This document shows, piece after piece, positions 37,375-47,519 of a stretch of DNA of 64,000 nt. The translations under genes and the position numbers were made by a program. Below the pieces are notes generated by a model, which saw nothing but the letters and a program-made list of their open reading frames with translations, was not told the origin of the DNA and made no database searches. Within the stretch, counting starts at the first letter, position 1. Each line of letters starts with the position of its first letter. The stretch is from the NCBI GenBank assembly GCA_965208125.1, contig OZ242320.1:3296001-3360000 (forward strand), written 5' to 3'. Source of the DNA: Candidatus Latescibacterota bacterium (GTDB taxonomy: Bacteria > Latescibacterota > UBA2968).

Positions 37375-38520
37375 TCATGCATAATCGGGAAGCCCGACTT
37401 CACTTGCATTGACAATACTGGGGGCTGCCTGTGGGGGATTGTCGCCGAGGAAGGGCAACACACCGTCCGGATCTTGCCACGCACCATATCCATTCAGAAC
37501 ACCAGCCACATTCGAGGCCGCCAGAGTGGCCATTCCCGAGCGGGTCCATATTGTCGCCGATGCAATATGCGGTACAATGACCACATTGGGCAACTCTTTA
37601 AGCCCGGGTTTCATCAGGGGTTCGTCTTCAAATACATCGAGGCCGACTTTGAAATCGGGATGGGTTTGGCAGTGTGCGACCAGTGCGACTTCGTCGATGA
37701 CGGGACCGCGGCTGGCGTTGATGAGTATCGCATTGTCCTTCATCAGTGCAAGACGCTCGGTGTTCATCAGGTGGAAGGTGGTGTCATCCAATAGCGGATG
37801 TAAGCTCACCACATCGGCAACTCTCAACACGTCTTCGACCGAGTCCAAACGCTGGCAGGTTATGGGTTCATCGCCCTGAGCTTTTAAGAACTCGCCATAA
37901 GCCGCGATATAATTTTCCATATATTCATTGGGATACGGGTCAAAATAAACCACGTTCATCTTGAACCCTTCGGACATCATTTTGGCATACGCACAGCCGA
38001 TGCGACCAGCGCCGATTACGCCAACTGTTTTCCCGGTCATCAATTCGCCCAGATAAAGCGTGGGCAACCAGCCGTGATATTTTTCGGCGCGCATAAAAGC
38101 ATCGGCTTCGATTACCCGACGCGCTGCTGAAAAGGTGAGGGAGACGGCCATTTCCGCGGTGGTCTCGGTCAATACACCCGGCGTATTGCCCACCGGTATG
38201 CCGTATTTTGTCGCTACGCCAACATCTACATTATTGTATCCCACGGCATAGTTGGAATACGCTTTGCCTCCCGCATTCTTGAGGGCGGTGAACAGTTCTT
38301 CGCCCCACTTTTCCGTCAACTGTCCGATTACGCCATCGCATTGATCGCCGATTTTGTCTCTGATTTCTTCGACACTTAAAATTTCCGTCGATGTGCCAAT
38401 CTCCACGCGGCAATCAGCCGCCGTGAGTATCTCAAGCCAGCGGTCGCCGGGCAATTCTTTGGTTACGACTACGCGCTTGCTGCCCGATTCGTTGTGTGTT
38501 CTCCAGTCATTGGTGCTCAA
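37375..38520 (-). CDS. Hydroxypyruvate reductase / D-glycerate dehydrogenase (plant HPR1-like)
   Basis: CDGVIGQLTEKWG, AVGYNNVD, NTPGVLTETTAE, GAGRIG, GLDVFEDEP and PHIASA motifs. Confidence 0.9.
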   Translation of the reverse strand: MSTNDWRTHNESGSKRVVVTKELPGDRWLEILTAADCRVEIGTSTEILSVEEIRDKIGDQCDGVIGQLTEKWGEELFTALKNAGGKAYSNYAVGYNNVDVGVATKYGIPVGNTPGVLTETTAEMAVSLTFSAARRVIEADAFMRAEKYHGWLPTLYLGELMTGKTVGVIGAGRIGCAYAKMMSEGFKMNVVYFDPYPNEYMENYIAAYGEFLKAQGDEPITCQRLDSVEDVLRVADVVSLHPLLDDTTFHLMNTERLALMKDNAILINASRGPVIDEVALVAHCQTHPDFKVGLDVFEDEPLMKPGLKELPNVVIVPHIASATIWTRSGMATLAASNVAGVLNGYGAWQDPDGVLPFLGDNPPQAAPSIVNASEVGLPDYA

Positions 38521-38570
38521 AATACATCCTCCTTGAATTATGCGTTTTATTCAGAAAATTGCGAATGTGA

Positions 38571-38599
38571 AATATAATCAACCAAGGCGTTTGGTTCAA
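38571..38599 (-). promoter_or_regulatory. Sigma-70-like promoter
   Basis: TTGAAC-N17-TATATT on the minus strand. Confidence 0.5.
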
Positions 38600-38630
38600 G
38601 AAAATCTCGTTTTGTGGAGTGGCAGATAGT

Positions 38631-41600
38631 CTAAGCGTTTTCGACTACAGGCTCGATGTCGAGAACCTCGCGGTCGAGTTTGGGGGGTGTTCCTTTGCCA
38701 TTGAGCCAGTAGTCAGCCATTTTTCTGGCAGCGGCCATCTTGGGCCAGATTACTTCGCGGTAGCCCCGCACGTCGTCGGGGAGGCGTAGCGCTTTCACAT
38801 AAGTATCGTATCGCTCGGCACTGTGAAAATCAAAAGCATCTACCAGATCGATATACCAGTCTCGATAGTTTTTTTCTTCGCGGTGCCAGGCCGGAAGTCT
38901 GCGTAAAAAGCGCGCGCGCTTCATGAGATTGAGCATCCAGTCGCGGGTTTGAATATCGAATCTGATGTCCAGTCCCAGGACGGTGAAATGCGGGCGGGTT
39001 AAATGCCTGTAAGAAATCCGGTCGCCGCGATCTGGATCGACATCGTAACGCGCGCGATCGCGGCGATACTTTTCCTCGCTTGTCAATAGATGGGCCACAT
39101 AGATTTCATCTTTATAAGCCATCACGCGGGCGAGAAAGCGCACTACGGTATCGGTTGCGCGATACTGATGTTGGGCATTGTCGCGGTCGTAAATCCTTTT
39201 TACGCGGACGATATAGGACTGCGCGTATTCGACGCCGTCCCATTGGATGAGGTCGTAAACGCCGAGGGCAAATTGCAATTTTGTCGCGTCAGAAAGAGAC
39301 CAGTCGGCGACTGTCTCTGAGAGGGTGCGATAGGTTTCGGTCAATTTTTCGCCCCGCGTTTTTGCCAAAATTTTCGCTTTATCGTCGATGAGATCTCTGT
39401 ATGTGGTTACGAGTTTGGGTTTGAAAAATGCATCGGGATCCAGAGCGGCTTTGCGCCCCATCTCAAATGCTTTGAGATTGGCTTCGAGTTCATTCGATTT
39501 GATATTTTGCTTCATCGCCCAGCGGATATTTTCCAGCGTGAGGGGCAGTGCCCCCCGTTGAAATGCCGCGCCCAGCAAGATGCTGTTGGCATAGATTTTA
39601 TTGCCCAGATATCGTTCGGAGATTTCGCCGAGGTCCATCCCAAAATACGTGTCGGGATTGGTATAACGCCGCAACATATCCTCCAGATGATCTGTATCAA
39701 AATCGTCTCGTCCAATCATCGACAAAATAGTTTCGCGTTTGCCGGTTTCTACGACAGCTGTGGTGCGCTGAGGGCTGCCTACGCGACCGGTTCCATTCGG
39801 ATCTAATCCGCGTACGGCCTCCAGAATGTCCAATCCCAATAGCAAGTCTGCATGTCCATAGGGCGTCAATTGCGAAATCACCCGCTCGTCTTTGGTAAAA
39901 CTGACGTGCGAATACACGCCGCCATTGCGGATAGCCAGTCCCTTTTTGTTGGTAAATCGAACGGTATATCCCTGTTTCGCGCCTGCAACGGCGATAATCG
40001 CAGAGATGGTATTGATGCCCATGCCGCCTACGCCAGCCACATACGCGTACCACGCCGTATCAAAGTCGCGGCATTCGGGTTCGGGAATATTCGATAGATC
40101 AATCGACTCGGTTTGTACTTCGGGCGCGCGCGATCGATGAATTGTCAGGCTTTCAAAAGAGGGACACGTTTTATCGCCATTGGCAACTTCGACTTTTGTA
40201 CACGCGCCATCTGCAACGCACAAAGACAGATCGGTCGCGACTTTTGGACCGTGAAGCGATTCTTCTACGGTCAAGCCGCTACATCCGGTTGCCTGCGTGC
40301 ATTCCAGGCAATATTCACAGACTTCTGGCGTGATGTTGATGTGGGTTTCTTCCGACAGAAATCCCTTTTCCCGAACGGTCTGAATCTGCTCTGCGCGCAC
40401 GCGACGGTGATATGTTATGCCGCACTCTTTGTCGGCAATGACAATTTTGACGCCGTCTTTTAGAAGTGCTTGTTCCAGGACATCGCGATATGCCTCCCGG
40501 TTTGCCGGGTTCATGCGGGCGACCATCACCGGGCCGTTTGTACCGCCCCCCAAACCGCGCACGACCTGTTCAATATCCTGGGCAAAGGTCGAGCGTCCCA
40601 TCAGGTCGATATCTACCCCTGGCGTGGGCTGATGCCCCGTCATTGCCGTGGTTTTATTGTCTAAAATGACATAGGTAATATCTTGCCCGTGTTTAATCGA
40701 ATCGGAAATCGCCGCCATTCCACTATGAAAAAATGTCGAATCGCCCATGAATACGAGTTGTTTGTTGTCGATAAAAGGATCGATACCCGCACCCGTGCCA
40801 CCACCGAGTCCCATTCCCGACAAATTGTGCATCAGCCGGTTAAATGGCTCGTATTTCAGCAGGGAATAACATCCGATATCCCCGTGAAAAATCAGATCCA
40901 TCGGATCTGTGCTGTGCTTGCGCTGCATGTAATCGCCATCTTGAAAATCGTCGATCATCTTGTCCAGCACGCTGGCTGAATCTCGGTGCGGGCAGCCCGG
41001 GCAGAACGAGGGTGTGCGAACCGATGCGCTCAGGTCATAAGTTTCTGTTTGTGCCATCAGGGCTACAACGGTGTCAATGCGCCTGGCATCTACAGGTACT
41101 GTGGGGTCGTCGAGCGATTTTAACATTGGGGCCAGCACATTGAGTGTGATGCTCGGGTTCAGGCCACAACTGTCGGGAAAACCGCGTCCATGAGGAAAGC
41201 GTTTGCCCCATATCCGGAACGCATTTGTTTTGCCGGCTTGATACAGGTTTTGCAAGGCAGTGGCAATTTGTTCTTCCAGAAAACCGCGTTTTTCTTCCAC
41301 CACGTAAATTTCATCGACCATATTTGTAAATTCGCGCAAAATCTCCGAATCAATTGGATAGGTAATCCCGTATTTCAAAATGGGAATGCTGCCCCCCAAC
41401 CCAACCATATTGAGCGCGTGTTCCAAATAACAATAGGCCAAACTGCTGGTGACAAAGCCGATCCGCTTTTTGCCAGAGTCTGGCCGATATAAAATTCGAT
41501 TCAGCCCGTATTCTTTTGCAAGGGTGAGCAGCTTGGGAAAACGCTGCTCGAGGACCTCCTGTTCTTTTATTACAGTATGTGGTGGAATAATCACCCGATC

Positions 41601-42239
41601 ATCTGGAGAAATCGTCTGTGGATCCAGGCGGATGGGGTGGTTAAATGTTTTTTCGGGAAACTGGTTTGCGTGTACCTCAACAGTACCCCCGCCATCTGCC
41701 TGATTGGATGTCACGAGGTAGGCGATATAAAGCCGGGTTTTTTCGGACAACTCAAAGGCTACTTTGATCCAGTCTTTCATTTCCTGAAAGGTGCTGGGTT
41801 CGAATATGGGCATGTACAAATGTTTGGCGATAAAACGAGAATCCGCGGGCACTTGTGTACCTTCAGACCACGTATCATCGCCAAATACAGCAACCGCAGC
41901 AGCACCCTCACCTGTTCCGGCCATATTGCCCAGTGCCAGCGCGTCTGAAGCGACATGCGCGCCCACGCTTTTCATCACTGCGATGGCGCGAATGGATTCC
42001 ATCTGTGCTCCATTGAGACGCGCAGCCCCCAGGGCCTCGTTGTTGGCAATTTGCACCATCACGCCTTTTTCCACCAACAACTCGCGGATGCGCTCTGCAG
42101 CATCAAATACTTCTGCCACGGGTGAGCCGGGATATCCCGTCATCAATCCCATGCCGCCTTCGAGGCTACCCTTGACAATCAATTCATTGCCCGTAAAAAT
42201 GCCGGGCCCTTTTTCAAGTGTAAATCGAGGATCCATCAA
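38631..42239 (-). CDS. Fused indolepyruvate:ferredoxin oxidoreductase family protein (alpha + beta + C-terminal DUF6537-like)
   Basis: TGYPGSP, SFCPGCPH, GDIGC, GDSTFFHSG (TPP), Cys ferredoxin motifs, GVGGMG and MAYKDE. Confidence 0.88.
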   Translation of the reverse strand: MMDPRFTLEKGPGIFTGNELIVKGSLEGGMGLMTGYPGSPVAEVFDAAERIRELLVEKGVMVQIANNEALGAARLNGAQMESIRAIAVMKSVGAHVASDALALGNMAGTGEGAAAVAVFGDDTWSEGTQVPADSRFIAKHLYMPIFEPSTFQEMKDWIKVAFELSEKTRLYIAYLVTSNQADGGGTVEVHANQFPEKTFNHPIRLDPQTISPDDRVIIPPHTVIKEQEVLEQRFPKLLTLAKEYGLNRILYRPDSGKKRIGFVTSSLAYCYLEHALNMVGLGGSIPILKYGITYPIDSEILREFTNMVDEIYVVEEKRGFLEEQIATALQNLYQAGKTNAFRIWGKRFPHGRGFPDSCGLNPSITLNVLAPMLKSLDDPTVPVDARRIDTVVALMAQTETYDLSASVRTPSFCPGCPHRDSASVLDKMIDDFQDGDYMQRKHSTDPMDLIFHGDIGCYSLLKYEPFNRLMHNLSGMGLGGGTGAGIDPFIDNKQLVFMGDSTFFHSGMAAISDSIKHGQDITYVILDNKTTAMTGHQPTPGVDIDLMGRSTFAQDIEQVVRGLGGGTNGPVMVARMNPANREAYRDVLEQALLKDGVKIVIADKECGITYHRRVRAEQIQTVREKGFLSEETHINITPEVCEYCLECTQATGCSGLTVEESLHGPKVATDLSLCVADGACTKVEVANGDKTCPSFESLTIHRSRAPEVQTESIDLSNIPEPECRDFDTAWYAYVAGVGGMGINTISAIIAVAGAKQGYTVRFTNKKGLAIRNGGVYSHVSFTKDERVISQLTPYGHADLLLGLDILEAVRGLDPNGTGRVGSPQRTTAVVETGKRETILSMIGRDDFDTDHLEDMLRRYTNPDTYFGMDLGEISERYLGNKIYANSILLGAAFQRGALPLTLENIRWAMKQNIKSNELEANLKAFEMGRKAALDPDAFFKPKLVTTYRDLIDDKAKILAKTRGEKLTETYRTLSETVADWSLSDATKLQFALGVYDLIQWDGVEYAQSYIVRVKRIYDRDNAQHQYRATDTVVRFLARVMAYKDEIYVAHLLTSEEKYRRDRARYDVDPDRGDRISYRHLTRPHFTVLGLDIRFDIQTRDWMLNLMKRARFLRRLPAWHREEKNYRDWYIDLVDAFDFHSAERYDTYVKALRLPDDVRGYREVIWPKMAAARKMADYWLNGKGTPPKLDREVLDIEPVVENA

Positions 42240-42245
42240 TATCCT

Positions 42246-43622
42246 TTAAAATGCTGTGTTTCGCCATTCGGGATTGTAGATTTCGCCCGACATGGTCGAA
42301 TGTACCAATTCGTAAACGCCGGTTCCGCGGCGATCAAAAAATTCAAAAATATACCGTCCCGACTTTTCGTAAATCCAGGTGTCTATGGCTTTTCCCATAG
42401 CTACCGATGTGGTATAGTCGCGCTCGTTGGGCGGCCCGTATTTGATATAAACGCGTCCTTGATCCGTATCCGATCCCCGCTTGCCCGGCTGCGATGTGAA
42501 CGTATCATCGGAGTATTTCATGCGACTCAGATGGTCTTGAAGCCGTTCATTTAAGGGCGTGCCCGGAGTTGGATCCAATTTTTTCCAAAATGCGTGGAGA
42601 AATTTCATTTTCGACGCCTGTGTTGGCAAAGATTTGTAAAGATTGATATCTTTTTCAGACGCAATGTGATGAATGGTTTGAAAATATCGCAATTGCTCCT
42701 GTTGCGCTTCTGTCAATTGTGGATTTTCATTTTCATCTGAAAGGAGGAAGACTTTGCGTTTGTGCCGCACATGTTCGCGCGTGCCGCGGTCAAATAACTC
42801 GACTTGCAAATCGTACGCGCCGCCAGATAGTCCCTCTGTTTCCAGGATTTCTGTTTTTACCACGCTTTCCCCGGGCTTGAGCAATCGCTTTGCCGGATAC
42901 GATTTGACAATGACATCGGCGGTGTCGAGCAAGCTATATCCTAAAACAAATGAATCATTGGGATTGTCGGACATGACCTTGAAGTTGTAAACCTCAAAGT
43001 AGATCTGAATTGGCTTACCTGTGCGGAAGAACCGCGTTGTATTGGGCACGACGTGCCATCCATTTTTGACAAAGCGCCCGACAGCTTCGGCTTTTTTTAA
43101 TTCCGAAGCGAATACCACATCGCTTACGACCAGCGCAGTGCCTTCAAAATGGCGCACGCGCATATTCCCTTCACAGGTGCCTGAAATATCTCCGTAAATA
43201 TCTTCGGCTGTCAGCGTCATTTTGTAGGGACCCGGTGCAATATCAACGGCGATGATATCGCGCACCAGTGCGCCATTTTGTTTTAATTCTCGGATATTTG
43301 CCACCGAAACATTTCGCGTCCACAACTCTTGTACTGTGGGATTTCCCGCAGAATCTTGAAGAGAAAGCTCAAAGTCAATTTGGGATACGTATTTGCCGCC
43401 TTCGGGTACAAACTGCAATTGTCGCGCATCTATTAATGTATAGACTTCCAGGCGCGTGAGGTTTTGAGGTCCCCGAAATGCAGCAGTTTCGGCAAAAACG
43501 CGCAACTCGCCCTTTGAGCGCAAAGGCATATCTCGATATATTGGCGCATCTTCTTGCCCGTATGCCGTTGCCCCGCAAAAACAGGTGGCAACCAGTACAA
43601 CATACCATTTTATGGAACGCAT
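42246..43622 (-). CDS. GWxTD domain-containing secreted protein
   Basis: Signal peptide; FWKKLDPTPGTPLNE and GSDTDQGRVYIKYGPP motifs. Confidence 0.85.
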   Translation of the reverse strand: MRSIKWYVVLVATCFCGATAYGQEDAPIYRDMPLRSKGELRVFAETAAFRGPQNLTRLEVYTLIDARQLQFVPEGGKYVSQIDFELSLQDSAGNPTVQELWTRNVSVANIRELKQNGALVRDIIAVDIAPGPYKMTLTAEDIYGDISGTCEGNMRVRHFEGTALVVSDVVFASELKKAEAVGRFVKNGWHVVPNTTRFFRTGKPIQIYFEVYNFKVMSDNPNDSFVLGYSLLDTADVIVKSYPAKRLLKPGESVVKTEILETEGLSGGAYDLQVELFDRGTREHVRHKRKVFLLSDENENPQLTEAQQEQLRYFQTIHHIASEKDINLYKSLPTQASKMKFLHAFWKKLDPTPGTPLNERLQDHLSRMKYSDDTFTSQPGKRGSDTDQGRVYIKYGPPNERDYTTSVAMGKAIDTWIYEKSGRYIFEFFDRRGTGVYELVHSTMSGEIYNPEWRNTAF

Positions 43623-43707
43623 GACGATCCTCCAGGTGTATATATAACAATTCCCCGGCTGGAATTTAAGACAGTATAAAGAGTTGAAAGAATGGAATCA
43701 AGAGTTA

Positions 43708-44592
43708 TCAAGTCACTTGATCGGCGGCATGGTAGGAACTGCGCACCAGTGGGCCGGATTCGACATGTCGAAAGCCCAGTGTGAGCGCGAATTGTTTGAG
43801 ATCCAAAAAATCATCGGGATGATAAAAGCGCGCCACAGGGACGTGTTGGGCAGACGGTTGCAGATATTGGCCTATCGTGAGAATATCTGTTTTGCAATCT
43901 GCGATATCTCGTATCGTCTGGCGCACCTCGACTATGGTTTCGCCCGCGCCGACCATAATACCCGACTTTGTGGGCATACCGCGCCCCATCGCTTTGGCCC
44001 GTTTCAAAAGTGTTAGCGACCTGTCGTATTTTGCCTGGGGACGCATGGTTTTATACAGGCGGGGTACGGTTTCGACATTGTGGTTCAAGATATCGGGTGC
44101 TGCTTCTATGACCACGCGCAATGCCTGCCAATTGCCCTGAAAATCCGGGATCAAGACTTCGACCTTTGTGTGTCTGCACAACCGCCGGATCGCATATATG
44201 GTTTCGGCAAAAATGTGCGCTCCCCCGTCCGGGAGTTCATCGCGATTTACCGATGTGACCACTGCATGACGCAATCCCATAGTCTGCACGGCTTTGGCGA
44301 CCCGTTCGGGCTCTTCGGTATCAAGGCCCTCTGGATGACCGGTTTTTACCGCGCAAAATCCACAACTCCGCGTACACACATCTCCCAAAATCATAAATGT
44401 CGCCGTGCCCGAGTTCCAGCATTCGCCGATATTGGGACAGCGCGCACTTTCGCAGACTGTATGGAGATTTAACCCGCGCATTAAGTTTTTCAATGCGCGG
44501 TATCCCTCACTGCCTGGGGCTGGTACGCGAAACCATTCGGGCAGTCGCCTTCGGCGCACAGGAGGTGCTGCAATGTCCATCAGACCATTCAT
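43708..44592 (-). CDS. lipA: Lipoyl synthase
   Basis: CESARCPNIGEC, CTRSCGFC and RSSY motifs. Confidence 0.96.
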   Translation of the reverse strand: MNGLMDIAAPPVRRRRLPEWFRVPAPGSEGYRALKNLMRGLNLHTVCESARCPNIGECWNSGTATFMILGDVCTRSCGFCAVKTGHPEGLDTEEPERVAKAVQTMGLRHAVVTSVNRDELPDGGAHIFAETIYAIRRLCRHTKVEVLIPDFQGNWQALRVVIEAAPDILNHNVETVPRLYKTMRPQAKYDRSLTLLKRAKAMGRGMPTKSGIMVGAGETIVEVRQTIRDIADCKTDILTIGQYLQPSAQHVPVARFYHPDDFLDLKQFALTLGFRHVESGPLVRSSYHAADQVT

Positions 44593-45962
44593 TGCACCCT
44601 CCGCCCGGTCAGTGTGCGCAAGGTCGTTTGGGTAATTTCGACATTGGTTAGCGCGTTGTCTGCAACGCCCTCTCGAGGAAATACGACCGTCTTGAAGCCA
44701 TCGGATTTTCCCACGGCCAAACCCTCACCTTTGCGGGCATCTCCCTGTACCAAAACCTCAAGGGTGCGACCGATATAAGTCGCATTGATTTCTTCAGAAA
44801 TGCGATTTTGTTGTGAAATAATGGTTTCGAGCCTTTGCACCTTTTCCTCTTCTGATACCGTATCGGGCATCTCGCGGAAGGCGACCGTGCCTTTTCGCGC
44901 GGAATACTTAAACATAAATGCGGAATCATAACGCACCTGCGCCATTAATGCCAGCGTAGCCTCAAAGTCGGTTTGTGTTTCGCCGGAAAAGCCAGCGATG
45001 ATATCTGTACTCAAACACAGATCTGGCATTGCGTTGCGCAAATCATTGACCAGGGCGAGATATTCTTCGATTGTATAGCTGCGTTTCATCGCTTCCAGAA
45101 CGCGGTTTGACCCGGACTGCACGGGCAAATGAATAAAGCGACAAATTTTCTTTTCACGCGCCATCGTTTCAATGAATTTTTCAGAGAAATCACTCGGATG
45201 AGGCGAGGTAAAGCGAATGCGGTCAATGCCGTCTATGCGCGCAATCATCGAGAGTAAATCGGCAAAATCGCAGGTGTCATCACGATAAGAATTGACGGTT
45301 TGGCCCAATAAGGTGACTTCTCGAAAACCCGCATCGGCAGCGGCATGAGCTTGTCTGACAATTTCGCGTGCCGGTACACTGCGCTCTCTGCCGCGCACGT
45401 AGGGCACGATGCAGAATGTGCAAAACTTATCGCATCCGCGCATAATGGTGATCCAGGCATTGCTGCCCTCTTCGCGCAAGGGGTTGATGTCCATATAATA
45501 TTCGCCGCGATCCAAACGCACATCCAGAGCTGAATCGCCACGCGCTTCGGCAATGAGTTCGGGTAGGCGCCGATACGAATCTGGCCCCACGACGAGATCG
45601 ACATAGGGCGCGTCGTTCATCAGGGATTCTGAAACGTGTTTGGCCATGCATCCCGATACCCCCATAATCAGGTCTGGACGCCGATACTTCAGCCTGCGCA
45701 ATTGTCCCAATCTGCCCCTTATTCGCTCTTCGGCGTGTTCGCGTATCGCGCAGGTATTCAGCACAATGACATCGGCATCTTCTGGGCGACGGGCAGAGAT
45801 ATAACCCGATTGCTTTAAAATGCCCATCATCAGTTCTGTATCCGATACATTCATCTGGCAACCGTATGTCTCGATAAAAACCTTTTGCCCAGACATGGGC
45901 GCGACAGGTATATCGGTTTGTACGGCGCGACCGTCTAATTCAATATCGAGCAATGCGCTCAC
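44589..45962 (-). CDS. miaB: tRNA-2-methylthio-N6-dimethylallyladenosine synthase
   Basis: TYGCQMN, GCDKFCTFCIVPYVRGRERS and C-terminal TRAM domain; GTG start overlaps the queG stop. Confidence 0.95.
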   Translation of the reverse strand: MSALLDIELDGRAVQTDIPVAPMSGQKVFIETYGCQMNVSDTELMMGILKQSGYISARRPEDADVIVLNTCAIREHAEERIRGRLGQLRRLKYRRPDLIMGVSGCMAKHVSESLMNDAPYVDLVVGPDSYRRLPELIAEARGDSALDVRLDRGEYYMDINPLREEGSNAWITIMRGCDKFCTFCIVPYVRGRERSVPAREIVRQAHAAADAGFREVTLLGQTVNSYRDDTCDFADLLSMIARIDGIDRIRFTSPHPSDFSEKFIETMAREKKICRFIHLPVQSGSNRVLEAMKRSYTIEEYLALVNDLRNAMPDLCLSTDIIAGFSGETQTDFEATLALMAQVRYDSAFMFKYSARKGTVAFREMPDTVSEEEKVQRLETIISQQNRISEEINATYIGRTLEVLVQGDARKGEGLAVGKSDGFKTVVFPREGVADNALTNVEITQTTLRTLTGRRVQ

Positions 45963-47086
45963 GTTCGTTTCCTTTTTATTTTTTTTCTTGCCAAACGCAT
46001 CTCTTTGATTACTTCTGCATCGCGTTCGCACATCAGTGCTTTGTCGAGTGCCCGTCTCGCCCGCCCGCCTCCAATTTTGCCCAGTGCCCAGGCTGCGTGT
46101 TGTCGTACGAGCGGCTCGTCATCTTTCAGGGCATCTGTTAGGGTGGGAACTTCAGATTTGCCTCCCACATTGCCCAATGCCACGGCAACATTGCGCAGTA
46201 ATCCACGCCGTTTGGCGCGTTTTATCGGACTGTTTTTGAATCGCTTTGAAAAAGTCTCTTGATCCATGTGCAGCAAGTCGGTCAGCGCGGGTGCATTCAA
46301 ACCCTCGCGTGCCTGAAAAGCATTTTCAGAAGTCGGCTTTGCGTGTTTGCGATTCCATGGGCATACTTCCTGACAGATATCACATCCGAAGACCCAGTTG
46401 CCCATATCCGATCTCAAATCCCGCGGAATAGCGCCTTTCAATTCAATAGTCAAGTAGGAAATACACCGCCGCGAATCCACAACATAAGGTTCTGGAATGG
46501 CATCTGTTGGACACGCATCCAGGCACTGCGTACAGGTGCCGCAGTGATCGGGTTGTGGACGATCGATTTCGAGATCGAGATTCAGAATAATCTCACCTAA
46601 AAAAAACCAGGATCCGCGGCTTTTGTCAATTAAGCAGGTGTGTTTTCCAAACCAGCCCAGCCCGGCTCGGGCGGCGAAATCGCGCTCCAGAACAGGCCCG
46701 GTATCGACATAGACCCGCCCTTCCGCTGAGGGTTCTATTTTTTGGATTTCGGCCAGTAATTCAAATAAGCGGTCTTTCATGACGGTGTGATAATCATCGC
46801 CACGGGCATAGCGCGCAATCTGCCCCTCAGGTGCATCACTGTTGTCAGGCCCATCGGAATGGGGCTGATAATTGAGCCCCACGCACAGTACTGATTTTGC
46901 GTCTGGAAGGATTTGGCGAATATCTGACCGCCGATCCAGATTGCGTGCCAAATACTCCATTTCGCCTGCGTAGCCCATCCCCAACCACTTTTGATAAAAC
47001 GCCCAGTGTTGCGGGGGATCTGCCGATGCAATCCCCACGGGATTAAATCCCAAACGCCGTGCCGCGTCCTTAATCCGATGGGTCAT
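45959..47086 (-). CDS. queG: Epoxyqueuosine reductase with C-terminal HEAT repeat
   Basis: YARGDDYH, VDTGPVLER, CGTCTQCLDACPT and FGCDICQEVCPWN motifs. Confidence 0.95.
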   Translation of the reverse strand: MTHRIKDAARRLGFNPVGIASADPPQHWAFYQKWLGMGYAGEMEYLARNLDRRSDIRQILPDAKSVLCVGLNYQPHSDGPDNSDAPEGQIARYARGDDYHTVMKDRLFELLAEIQKIEPSAEGRVYVDTGPVLERDFAARAGLGWFGKHTCLIDKSRGSWFFLGEIILNLDLEIDRPQPDHCGTCTQCLDACPTDAIPEPYVVDSRRCISYLTIELKGAIPRDLRSDMGNWVFGCDICQEVCPWNRKHAKPTSENAFQAREGLNAPALTDLLHMDQETFSKRFKNSPIKRAKRRGLLRNVAVALGNVGGKSEVPTLTDALKDDEPLVRQHAAWALGKIGGGRARRALDKALMCERDAEVIKEMRLARKKIKRKRT

Positions 47087-47106
47087 GCAGGTACTCCAAA
47101 AATAGA

Positions 47107-47132
47107 GGGCAGGACACAACAATGCCCTGCCC
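47107..47132. repeat. Intergenic hairpin related to the 19723 REP-like element
   Basis: gggcagg-N12-cctgccc. Confidence 0.4.
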
Positions 47133-47140
47133 CGTGATTC

Positions 47141-47515
47141 TCAGGTCTGACGAGCCAGTTTGTCAAGTGCATTGTGAACTGCATCTACTGCCAGATCAGC
47201 GGCGTGTTTTCGCGTCGGGGGCAAGCCGTCAAGTGCAGTCTCGATATCGGCACGAGCGATTTTGCAAGCTTGATGGGGCGTTTTGCCAATCACCCATTCC
47301 GTGAGCACAGATCCCGAAGCAATGGTTGCAGCACATCCCTGCGCACGGAAAAGAGCGCGGTCAATAATGCCGTCTTTGATGGCGAGATGCAGGGATAGGG
47401 TCGTACCCGAAGCTGGATTTTCTGCAAATCCAATTGCATCGGGGGTGTCCAATGCGCCAACATTTTTGGGATGTTCAAAGTGATCCCGTAAAATCGTGGA
47501 ATAACCGTCAGACAT
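47141..47515 (-). CDS. IscU/NifU-N-like protein retaining only one of three Cys
   Basis: YS....DHFEHPKNVG, NPASGT, FRAQGCAATIAS and LDGLPPTRKHAA. Confidence 0.85.
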   Translation of the reverse strand: MSDGYSTILRDHFEHPKNVGALDTPDAIGFAENPASGTTLSLHLAIKDGIIDRALFRAQGCAATIASGSVLTEWVIGKTPHQACKIARADIETALDGLPPTRKHAADLAVDAVHNALDKLARQT

Positions 47516-47519
47516 GGGA

